A DNA stretch of 64,000 nt from Bdellovibrionales bacterium. GTDB lineage: Bacteria > Bdellovibrionota > Bdellovibrionia > Bdellovibrionales > Bdellovibrionaceae. This document shows positions 1-8,060 of the stretch, piece by piece. The notes beneath the pieces are model-generated. The model saw only the letters and a list, made by a program, of their open reading frames with translations. It searched no databases and was not told the DNA's origin. The translations under genes and the position numbers were made by a program. The stretch covers positions 32,001 through 96,000 of the forward strand of contig JANMPT010000097.1 of NCBI GenBank assembly GCA_031370005.1, in the 5' to 3' direction. Numbering within the stretch: position 1 is the first letter of the stretch; each line of letters starts with the position of its first letter.

Positions 1-164
1 ATGCAAAAAAATATCAATAATTTGTGAAAGCATATTTGAAGACTAGAAAGGATTTAAGTAATTATCAAGAAAATAACTTATTCACTCATGCTTATGCTAA
101 CCAAAACATAACAAGACAAATCAGCGGCTCAATTATACATAGGTCCTCAACAAGGAGAACCCAT

Positions 165-554
165 ATGAAAAAAATGTTTTTATTTTTTTGTTTCACACTT
201 TCGATCGCGGCCCAAGGAAACACAATTAATACTGTTTTCAAAAATGAATCCCAAGTCCCAGTGGAGCTTCAAAAACAGATTCTTGATTTTGTAAATATTC
301 GCTGTGGAAATTTAGTTTCAAATTATGGATTACACGAGCTAAAGACCACTATTCGTGAGTACAACAGAGTTGATCAAGGCATGGTTGATGCATATTTTAC
401 AACGACACTTACTTCTGAGTATTATTTTGATAAAATGCACCCATCAACAACAAACATTACTATTGAAAGCGAGCGCTACAACTTTTCCAGTGGTGATAAC
501 TTTGTAGTAATTAGCGCGTCGTCTAGTGATGGCTGTGACCAGGAATATAAATAA
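165..554 (+). CDS. Secreted hypothetical protein (129 aa)
   Basis: ORF 24..554. Better start is ATG 165 after SD AAGGAG (152-157). N-terminus MKKMFLFFCFTLSIAAQG looks like a Sec signal peptide. Confidence 0.7.
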   Translation: MKKMFLFFCFTLSIAAQGNTINTVFKNESQVPVELQKQILDFVNIRCGNLVSNYGLHELKTTIREYNRVDQGMVDAYFTTTLTSEYYFDKMHPSTTNITIESERYNFSSGDNFVVISASSSDGCDQEYK

Positions 555-556
555 GA

Positions 557-1126
557 CTAGTTACCAGTGCCGGGCGCTGCTTGATCCAAGGACGCTCTTG
601 CAGCCTCTATCGTCATGAATTCATCAGCACCTAAGCTCATGATTAGGTCTTGGCTAGAGTTTTGATCTGTATAGAAAAAATATTTCTTCATTGCTGTTTG
701 TTTTATTTTTTGACCATTACGTGTGATATTAATAACTAAATAGTATGGATTACAGATATCAGAACCACAAATACCCGCTACTTCGAAGTTTGCTCCGTCA
801 AAACTAGCTGTTGTGCTTGAAATTGCATTTACCTTACTATGAGTTGTAACAACTTGATAGGTATTGTTATTCACTTTAATTTGCGAGGTAACGGACAATG
901 CACCCGTTGATGCTTGAACTGGGTTAAGAATTTTTAGGATATCTGTCACATAGCCACTTGCGGCTGCCGCTTGATCCGCCGCTGCTGCTTGCTGATCATT
1001 AACATAGGAAGCCCCTGCTGCATTTTTTCTAGCAGCAAATTCAGAGTCTTTCTTTGCGCAAGCAGAAAGAGCAAAAGCTGCAACTACGATATAGATATAA
1101 ATTTTAGAATTTTTAAACAGTCCCAC
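557..1126 (-). CDS. Hypothetical lipoprotein
   Basis: GTG start after AGGAGG. Lipobox FALSA-C, Ala/Gln-rich linker, beta-rich C-terminal domain with a Cys pair (CGSDIC). Confidence 0.75.
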   Translation of the reverse strand: MGLFKNSKIYIYIVVAAFALSACAKKDSEFAARKNAAGASYVNDQQAAAADQAAAASGYVTDILKILNPVQASTGALSVTSQIKVNNNTYQVVTTHSKVNAISSTTASFDGANFEVAGICGSDICNPYYLVINITRNGQKIKQTAMKKYFFYTDQNSSQDLIMSLGADEFMTIEAARASLDQAAPGTGN

Positions 1127-1169
1127 TAAGGCCTCCTAGTTACGAAGAATATTTCTCAACTAACATAGA

Positions 1170-1185
1170 AGCAAAAGGCAAACCA
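1170..1185 (-). promoter_or_regulatory. Putative sigma54 (-24/-12) promoter of lipoprotein 557..1126
   Basis: Minus strand TGGTTTGCCTTTTGCT is GG-N10-GC with TTGC at -12. Confidence 0.55.
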
Positions 1186-1210
1186 CAAATGATACTTTTA
1201 AGAGTGCTGC

Positions 1211-1223
1211 TAACTGCATGATT
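1211..1223 (-). promoter_or_regulatory. Putative IHF site
   Basis: Minus strand AATCATGCAGTTA vs WATCAANNNNTTR (1 mismatch). Lies between the sigma54 site and the upstream palindrome. Confidence 0.4.
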
Positions 1224-1254
1224 TAAAACAATAAAAATGAAGTGCTTATTGAAA

Positions 1255-1269
1255 GTCTCATTTTAAGAC
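1255..1269. promoter_or_regulatory. GTCTCA-N3-TGAGAC-type palindrome (putative regulator site)
   Basis: GTCTCA-TTT-TAAGAC. A second copy GTCTCG-CTT-TGAGAT lies at 1351-1365. Confidence 0.5.
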
Positions 1270-1384
1270 AAAGTGTTCAATTCAAGCGTGATGGCATAAT
1301 GACATTTTAGGGATATTTCCGCTTAGAGTCTGGACATAGCAAAAGCCGTTGTCTCGCTTTGAGATTAGCAGTTAAACTAGTTCA

Positions 1385-2533
1385 ATGGCGGCAGGTTCAA
1401 AATTAAATAAAGCATTAGTTCTTTCCGGTGGCGGTGCCCGCGGAGCCTACCAGGTGGGGGTTTTATCTGCCATTGCGGATATTGCCCAGGCTTCCAGCAT
1501 TCTCGAAGCATTTGATATTTATTCTGGAGTCAGTGCTGGAGCAATAAATGCTGCTTTTCTTGCCGCTGGGGCTGATGACTTTAGCGCAAGTTGCAAAAAT
1601 CTTGTCGATCTCTGGAGCCAGCTCACCAGCGACCAGGTCTTTTATTCCGATATTGGCTCAATTGGTAAAATCGGCTTTAACTGGGTTAAGTCAGTTTCCG
1701 TCGGCGGGCTTACTGGAGCCGTTCCAGGACAAGCTCTCTTAGATACGGCCCCTTTATTTCGTTTGATTAATGAGCGTCTGCCCTTTGCTAAAATTCAAAA
1801 TAACCTTGATCGCGGCGTTTTAAAGGCTCTTGCAATCACCGCCATTGATTATCAAAGCTCTATGGCAATCACTTTTGTTCAAGGACAAAAGGATCTACCA
1901 GATTGGGAAAGATCTCGTCGCAAAAGCGAAAAAACCCAAATCTCCGCAGAACACGTTTTGGCCTCCTCAGCTATCCCACTCTTGTTTCCTCCAGTTGGCA
2001 TCGAGCAAAGTTTTTTTGGCGACGGTTGTGTTAGAAATACAGCTCCCTGCAGCCCTAGTATTTATCTGGGTGCAAAAAAACTCATGATCATAGGAGTTCG
2101 GCGACAAGCCCCGACTGCTTACGAATATCGCGTCCTTCAAAACCAAAAAGCGCCCAGCGTTGCTCGAGTATTAAATGTTCTATTGAATTCAGTTCTTCTC
2201 GACGGGGTCGAGCTTGATGTGGAAAGACTCAGTAAGATTAATTCGTTAATCGATCAAGTCCCAGCTAGAATTCACGATAGCCTGGCTTATAAAAAAGTAG
2301 ACTTCGTATGGATCTCCCCTTCAGCGGATATCGGTGAAATTGCAGCTCAAAAGCAGCTAAAACTGCCACCCATCATTCGTTACTTACTCAAGGGTCTTGG
2401 TAGCATCAGTGAAGCAAGTGAAATCGTTAGTTATCTTTTATTTGATCCCTCATTTTGTACTCAGCTGATTGAAATTGGTTATGAAGACGGCATGAAACAA
2501 AAAGAAGAAATTAAAAGATTTTTAGAATCATAA
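1385..2533 (+). CDS. Patatin-like phospholipase
   Basis: Oxyanion motif GGGARG, nucleophile GVSAG, catalytic DG(C) motif. Confidence 0.9.
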   Translation: MAAGSKLNKALVLSGGGARGAYQVGVLSAIADIAQASSILEAFDIYSGVSAGAINAAFLAAGADDFSASCKNLVDLWSQLTSDQVFYSDIGSIGKIGFNWVKSVSVGGLTGAVPGQALLDTAPLFRLINERLPFAKIQNNLDRGVLKALAITAIDYQSSMAITFVQGQKDLPDWERSRRKSEKTQISAEHVLASSAIPLLFPPVGIEQSFFGDGCVRNTAPCSPSIYLGAKKLMIIGVRRQAPTAYEYRVLQNQKAPSVARVLNVLLNSVLLDGVELDVERLSKINSLIDQVPARIHDSLAYKKVDFVWISPSADIGEIAAQKQLKLPPIIRYLLKGLGSISEASEIVSYLLFDPSFCTQLIEIGYEDGMKQKEEIKRFLES

Positions 2534-2545
2534 GCAAAGTATGTT

Positions 2546-4435
2546 TTAAATCTCCACTTGGATTCCTACCTCAATAACTTGATTAGGTGGAATTTTAAAG
2601 AAAGCCGTCGGTCGCTGCGCATTCTTAGACATTATTGCAAAAAGTTTTTCACGCCAGAGGCTCATTCCCGGAATTGAGCTTGGCAAAATAGTCTCACGAC
2701 CTAGCACGAAAGTGGTCTCAGACACATTGAAGTGGATGTCACGCTGCCGGCAGGCCTCAAGAATGTGCTTCATCTTTGGAGTCTCCATAAAGCCGTAATA
2801 AACAATAATTCGATAAAGATTTGGGATGATCTCTTCAATTGTCACGCGGTCTTTTTTCAAAACAAAAGGCTCATCCTTTGTTTGAATTGTAAGAATAGCC
2901 ACTCGCTCATGGAGAACTTTATTGTGTTTTAGATTATGCAATAAGGGCACAGGAATTCCCGAGGGGTCTCCGGCCATATAAATTGCAGTCCCCGTCACTC
3001 GCAATGGTGGCGTACGAAGGATCATTTGACAAAATTCTTCAATTGAAACTGCACGATCTTTTAGACGAGCATATAATATTCTTCGTCCCTTATTCCATGT
3101 GACCATTAAAAGATAAATTACGGCCGCCATAAGCAGGGGCACCCAACCACCGTGAGCAATTTTCATCATGTTAGCACCAAAAAATGAAGCATCAAAAACC
3201 AAGAAAGCGCCAAAGATGAATAGCGCGCGACCAAGCCCCCATTTCCAGCGATGTATAGCGACTTCAAAAGCAAGCAAAGTTGTAATCACCATGGTCCCCG
3301 TCACTGCAATGCCATAAGCTGCCGCCAAATTACTCGAAGACTTAAAGGTTAATACCAACCAAATAACCCCAATAAACAAGGCCCAATTCACAAACGGCAC
3401 ATAGATTTGTCCAATTTCGCGACTGGAAGTATGCACAGTTGAAAGACGAGGACAAAAGCCCATTTGCATTGCCTGGCGCGTGATTGAAAAAATCCCGGAA
3501 ACCAGAGCCTGCGATGCAATCACAGTAGCCATCGTAGAAAGAATTACCATCGGTACTAATGCCCACTTCGGAGCAAGAAGATAGAAAGGATTTGAAATTG
3601 TCTCAGGATTTGAAAGTAACAAAGCGCCTTGACCAAAGTAATTTAAAACCAAAGCTGGTAATGCAATTAAAAACCACGCCAACCGAATCGGTTGACGACC
3701 GAAATGTCCCATATCAGCATAAAGAGCTTCGCCCCCAGTGATTACCAGCACCACAGACCCTAAAACAACAAAACCATGAAGCCCGTGATAACTAAAGAAC
3801 TCAATAGCATACCAAGGATTTATAGCTTCAAGAACTGCCGGATTTTCAAGAATTCCATGAAGCCCCAAGCCACCCAGAATAACAAACCAAATCAAAAGAA
3901 TGGGACCAAAGATGACACCAATTCTTCCAGTCCCAAATCTCTGCATAAGAAAAAAAGCATTCAAAATAAAAATTGTCACTGGAATAACATAAGGCTCTAA
4001 TACTGGGGTTAAAAGAGATAGACCTTCGACTGCCGATAAAACCGAAATAGCTGGTGTGATAATACCGTCTCCATAAAGAAGCGCAGCGCCAAACAATCCC
4101 AACGTGATAATAATATATTTACGAATATTAGAGTGTTTTTGTTCGCTGTTTGACGCCAGAGCCATCAAAGATAAAATACCGCCTTCGCCTTTGTTGTCGG
4201 CTTTCATCACCACGGCCATATATTTGAAACAAATTGCAATGATGATTGTCCAAAAAATCAAAGATAAAATACCAAGTATATTCTGAGGTTCCACAGGAAT
4301 TCCATGCTCCACCGCAAAGCACTCTCTAAGAGCATAAAGTGGACTTGTTCCAATATCACCAAAAACCACGCCCAGCGCACCAAGAGACATTATCCAGATG
4401 TTTTGAGAATATTTGCTACGAGATATATTTTCCAT
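2546..4435 (-). CDS. kup: KUP/HAK/KT potassium transporter
   Basis: GVVFGDIGTSPLYA, DNKGEGG, YGDGIITPAISVLSAVEGL, EALYADMGHFG motifs; about 12 TM segments. Confidence 0.97.
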   Translation of the reverse strand: MENISRSKYSQNIWIMSLGALGVVFGDIGTSPLYALRECFAVEHGIPVEPQNILGILSLIFWTIIIAICFKYMAVVMKADNKGEGGILSLMALASNSEQKHSNIRKYIIITLGLFGAALLYGDGIITPAISVLSAVEGLSLLTPVLEPYVIPVTIFILNAFFLMQRFGTGRIGVIFGPILLIWFVILGGLGLHGILENPAVLEAINPWYAIEFFSYHGLHGFVVLGSVVLVITGGEALYADMGHFGRQPIRLAWFLIALPALVLNYFGQGALLLSNPETISNPFYLLAPKWALVPMVILSTMATVIASQALVSGIFSITRQAMQMGFCPRLSTVHTSSREIGQIYVPFVNWALFIGVIWLVLTFKSSSNLAAAYGIAVTGTMVITTLLAFEVAIHRWKWGLGRALFIFGAFLVFDASFFGANMMKIAHGGWVPLLMAAVIYLLMVTWNKGRRILYARLKDRAVSIEEFCQMILRTPPLRVTGTAIYMAGDPSGIPVPLLHNLKHNKVLHERVAILTIQTKDEPFVLKKDRVTIEEIIPNLYRIIVYYGFMETPKMKHILEACRQRDIHFNVSETTFVLGRETILPSSIPGMSLWREKLFAIMSKNAQRPTAFFKIPPNQVIEVGIQVEI

Positions 4436-5022
4436 TATTTCGTGGGTTTCTGTGCAAGAAAGTTATTAGCATCAAGCTTGGCATCCTTTAAGGCTTTACA
4501 GAAGCGCTGAAATCCCCGGACTTGATCCATTAAAAGCTCCTGCATAACTGGATCAGCCAAAGTTTCATTTTTAACCACTTTAAATACGTTCATAAGAAAA
4601 ACTCTTTGAGGATAAATAAACGCATTACGGTAACCAAAAATTTGCTGTAAATGTTCAACTGGCCTCATCCCACCAAACATTCCGCCAAGCCCGACGAAGG
4701 CTACCGGTCTGAACTCAAAACAGTCTGGAAATTTCATATGATCAATATAATATTTCAAAATTCCTGGCATAGAGCCATTGTACTCAGGGCAAACTACGAT
4801 TAAGCCATCAGATTTTACAATTTTATTGATTTCTGCTTGAAGACTTTCCGGCTGGTCTTTCCCGTAATGTGGACCAGTTGAAAGCTCACTGCGAATCTCA
4901 CGTAAATCAATAAGCCCAATTTCCTCACCAGCCTCTTTGTACAGGGTTTGAATATACTTCGAGATTTTTAATGAGTTCGAATCGGCACGATCGGTTCCTG
5001 AAATAACATATTTCATGTTCAT
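4435..5022 (-). CDS. NADPH-dependent FMN reductase (flavodoxin-like)
   Basis: ISGTDRADSNS and PEYNGSMPGILKYYID motifs. Start at ATG 5022 or 5016 after AAGGA. Stop overlaps the kup start. Confidence 0.88.
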   Translation of the reverse strand: MNMKYVISGTDRADSNSLKISKYIQTLYKEAGEEIGLIDLREIRSELSTGPHYGKDQPESLQAEINKIVKSDGLIVVCPEYNGSMPGILKYYIDHMKFPDCFEFRPVAFVGLGGMFGGMRPVEHLQQIFGYRNAFIYPQRVFLMNVFKVVKNETLADPVMQELLMDQVRGFQRFCKALKDAKLDANNFLAQKPTK

Positions 5023-5039
5023 TATTTCCTTCAGCTGAT

Positions 5040-5068
5040 TTGACAATAATCATCGCGTTGGTTCTAAT
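5040..5068 (+). promoter_or_regulatory. Putative sigma70 promoter of the GYF-PilZ gene
   Basis: TTGACA (5040-5045)-N17-TCTAAT (5063-5068). Confidence 0.5.
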
Positions 5069-5102
5069 AATCAAGAGGGAACTTAAGCGGCAGGAGTTGT
5101 TC

Positions 5103-5792
5103 TTGGAAAATAAAAGATGGTTCTTACTGTTAGAGGGTCAGGTCACTGGTCCCTACAGCGATGAAGAGATTCAAAATCGCATTGACAATGCCAAGGATTC
5201 TCTCATTTGGGGACGTGGCCAATCAGAATGGCTTGGGCCAGACAGGTGGCGAACGGCAACAAAAGCTCTCATTGATCAGTTGGCATTAGAGCAACAAAGC
5301 TCACGACAATGGAAGATGCGTGTTGATCACAAAGAGCTCACTCCAATGACTCTTGAAGAGCTGATTGAGCAGCTTAAAGATTATACAGATCTTTCCCCCG
5401 TGCGCGTTTGGACCGACGGATTTGACGATTGGAAAGAAGTTTTTCAGGTTCGAAAAATCATGGACGAACTAGGCATCAGTCGGCGCAGCCATTCCCGTGT
5501 TCCTATAATGGGCTCGCTGAAGGCCACGGCCGGGCTAGGTGAGCTCAATGCTAAAATCATTTCTATCAGCGAGGGCGGTATCGGAGTCAACAGCGCTAAG
5601 GGCTTGCAAATTGGAGAAAAATTTCCAGCCGCACTGGGCAGTCCAAATCTTTTTATGAATATCACCTGCAATATGGAAGTTGTTTATGTCGGAGCAGATG
5701 GATATGCTGGTATGCGTTTTTTGGGTCTTCCAAGTGAAGCTCGATCTGCAATTATTGAATACGTGAAGAAGTTCCAACAGGTCCAGAAATAA
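5103..5792 (+). CDS. Tandem GYF_2 (DUF4339)-like plus C-terminal PilZ domain protein
   Basis: Probable TTG start 5103 after CAGGAG. WF..EGQVTGPY..LIWGRGQSEW and WK..PMTL..VWTDGFDDW repeats; PilZ RRSHSR and ISEGG motifs. Confidence 0.8.
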   Translation: MENKRWFLLLEGQVTGPYSDEEIQNRIDNAKDSLIWGRGQSEWLGPDRWRTATKALIDQLALEQQSSRQWKMRVDHKELTPMTLEELIEQLKDYTDLSPVRVWTDGFDDWKEVFQVRKIMDELGISRRSHSRVPIMGSLKATAGLGELNAKIISISEGGIGVNSAKGLQIGEKFPAALGSPNLFMNITCNMEVVYVGADGYAGMRFLGLPSEARSAIIEYVKKFQQVQK

Positions 5793-6549
5793 GCTCAAAA
5801 AGACCCTTCAAAGCCAGCGTTGAATTGCGTTTTCCCTTAAAGCCTTCACGAACTTCCACGAGAAAGTCTGCTGACTTTAAAGCGTTTTTTAAAACCGTGC
5901 GGCTAGCGTAAGTTGAAACCATACAATCCTTGTCTGTGGCCTTATTAAAAAAATCCACCAAGAACTCCTCTGTCCAGAGATTCGGAGAAGTTTTGGCACT
6001 AAAGGCATCAAATAAAATACAGTGATTTTTTGTTTTAAAAACTGTCTTGCAATCAAGGGGGCCATGCAAAACAAAAGCCTGACTCTCAAGTTTCATGCAA
6101 AGAAATTTTTTTAATTTTTGCGCTTCAATATGAGTGCCCATCAAAACATATTTTAATACTTGTTCATAAACTTCTTTGATTTCAATGCCTAAAGGCTGTC
6201 CTCTTAACCAATAGATGAAGTATTCTCTTAACTCTGGTACAAGTTCAAAGCTTTCTAGAGTGAAATTCAAATTCTGCTGTAGAAATGCCTCTCGAGCCAC
6301 GGTAAGTTCGACGAAACCAATACCTAAGCCTATAGATAAAAACTGAGGCTTTAAGATGTGCTGAAAGCAATGACGAATTATTTTACCATAAATTAATTCT
6401 GTTTCCCCTGCAGCGCCCCCTGAGTGGTGCATGGACTCGCCTTTTTCATGTTGTGGTGAGGACGCCTGAATCAAGCGCAAACTGGGGCTGCCGTCCCCCG
6501 TAATTTCTACCTCAAATCCAATCTCTGACCATCTTTGCAGTGTATTCAT
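5752..6549 (-). CDS. Stand-alone MnmC-type (MnmD-like) SAM-dependent tRNA methyltransferase
   Basis: ITGDGSPSL, ESMHH, IGLGIG, LFDAFS..SPNLW, STYAS, GFKGKR motifs typical of the MnmC methyltransferase domain. Confidence 0.8.
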   Translation of the reverse strand: MNTLQRWSEIGFEVEITGDGSPSLRLIQASSPQHEKGESMHHSGGAAGETELIYGKIIRHCFQHILKPQFLSIGLGIGFVELTVAREAFLQQNLNFTLESFELVPELREYFIYWLRGQPLGIEIKEVYEQVLKYVLMGTHIEAQKLKKFLCMKLESQAFVLHGPLDCKTVFKTKNHCILFDAFSAKTSPNLWTEEFLVDFFNKATDKDCMVSTYASRTVLKNALKSADFLVEVREGFKGKRNSTLALKGLFELISGPVGTSSRIQ

Positions 6550-6583
6550 TGATTTTTTCCCTTTTGCTCCCTATATACATTCC

Positions 6584-7579
6584 ATGGAAAAAGGCTGGAA
6601 CGGACTACCATATAATACTATCGCAGAACACTACTCCAAACGCTTTGGGGAAAAGGTCTATAAAATCCCCGTTAGTATCGTAGACGACTGCCCCAATCGC
6701 CGCGGGTTAAAAGGCATGGAAACCTGCGTGTTTTGCGATGTTTGGGGCTCCGCCGCTAATTCCGAGTCCTTAAGTATGGAGCTACATGCCCAAATTGAAA
6801 AATACTACGCCCATATATCAAAGAAATATAAAGCTAAAAGTTTTCTCATTTATTTTCAAGCCTATACGAATACTTTTACTAAGCTAAGTGGTCTTCGCCA
6901 CAACTTTGAAACAGCTCTTTCTTATGATTTCGTAAAGGGCTTTGTGGTGGGCACTCGTCCAGATTGCTTATCCAAAGGAGTTTTAGATCTTTGGCAGGAA
7001 TTCCATCAGCGTTCTTTTGTTGCAGTGGAACTCGGTGTACAGAGCTTTTTTGATGACCAACTGAAGTTCATGCGCCGGGGTCATACTGCACAACAGTCCA
7101 TCGATGCCATTTATAAGATTGCTGATGGCACTCAAGCAGATCTTGGTATCCATTTAATCTTCGGAAATCCCGGTGAAACCGATGAACAAATCATTCAAAC
7201 AGCAGAGATTGTAAGTAAGCTACCAATCACCAATGTAAAACTCCACAACTTACATGTACTTAAAAACACGCCTCTTGAAAGGATGTATGGCTCTGGTGAA
7301 TTCATTCCCATTGACCGTGAAACCTACTCTCACCGTGTGAAAATCTTTCTACAACACTTGGCTCCCCACATAGCGCTGCATAGGTTAGCAGCCTTTGCGT
7401 CTCGTTGGGAAGAGCTCGTGGCACCAGCGTGGACTTCTGATAAAATGGGCACTCATCAATACATTATTGATTACTTACGATGTGAAAAAGCTTACCAAAG
7501 CCAAATCTATAAAACTGAAAATAAAGAAACCCAGGCTTTCATCGAGCTCATTCGCCAAAAAAGCCTATCAACTCTCTAG
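6584..7579 (+). CDS. TIGR01212 radical SAM protein (YhcC/YtqA = MnmL family)
   Basis: CPNR..G..TCVFC cluster motif, YFQAYTNT, GTRPDC, ELGVQS, RGHT, KLHNLHVLKNT. Confidence 0.92.
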   Translation: MEKGWNGLPYNTIAEHYSKRFGEKVYKIPVSIVDDCPNRRGLKGMETCVFCDVWGSAANSESLSMELHAQIEKYYAHISKKYKAKSFLIYFQAYTNTFTKLSGLRHNFETALSYDFVKGFVVGTRPDCLSKGVLDLWQEFHQRSFVAVELGVQSFFDDQLKFMRRGHTAQQSIDAIYKIADGTQADLGIHLIFGNPGETDEQIIQTAEIVSKLPITNVKLHNLHVLKNTPLERMYGSGEFIPIDRETYSHRVKIFLQHLAPHIALHRLAAFASRWEELVAPAWTSDKMGTHQYIIDYLRCEKAYQSQIYKTENKETQAFIELIRQKSLSTL

Positions 7580-7745
7580 CAACACTAGGGGTAGATTTAA
7601 GATCATGACAGATGACTAGATCTAGACCCTGTCTTAATTCACTCTTGCTTTGTACTTTCAGGTCCTTAGACGACTTTATACTATGTGTTTTCACAAAAAA
7701 AACCTTACTTTTTTCAAAGACAGACTTGTCAAGAAGATCAAATTT

Positions 7746-7779
7746 GCTGCTTAAATGATAAGCAGCGCTAAGTTTTTTT
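7746..7779 (+). terminator. Possible intrinsic terminator
   Basis: GCTGCTTA-aatga-TAAGCAGC 8-bp stem, followed after 6 nt by T7. Confidence 0.4.
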
Positions 7780-7877
7780 GTATTTTTTTTACTCTTTGAG
7801 TTTGACAGCATTTCAAAAAGTGAAGATCCTCAAAGTGTGAGGAAGATAGGCCATATGGATATGACCACTCTAACAAG

Positions 7878-7893
7878 CCCCTAGATCTAGTGG
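7878..7893. promoter_or_regulatory. Putative NrdR box
   Basis: CCCCTAGATCTAGTGG resembles the NrdR consensus acaCwAtATaTwGtgt and lies upstream of nrdAB. The same CTAGATCTAG core occurs at 7616-7625. Confidence 0.55.
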
Positions 7894-8060
7894 TCATGCG
7901 AAAAAGCTAAAAACTTTAAGCAGGATTTAAGTCTGGGGCAAGACAACTAGAAAACACGATTATTTATATCTAAATACAGGATCGTTCGGCTTTCACGGAG
8001 GGGTGAGGGCTGGGTTTTTTTTCGCCTATAAGAAATGGGCCACGAATGAGGGGACGCGCT

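Noticed and set aside
24..164. Longest-ORF starts in the track (24, 5040, 5046, 8046, 11441, 14630, 15693, 18273, 22296, 22655, 29675, 46678, 61561)
   Set aside because: Downstream starts fit SD sequences, gene overlaps, signal peptides or family N-termini better.
1385..2533. Patatin as a CBASS/anti-phage effector (CapV-like)
   Set aside because: No CD-NTase or other defence gene nearby; the context is housekeeping.
7580..8060. Cobalamin or c-di-GMP riboswitch in the nrdA leader
   Set aside because: I could not find the B12-box/GGGAA core or the GEMM consensus; only a generic hairpin + U-tract is supported.
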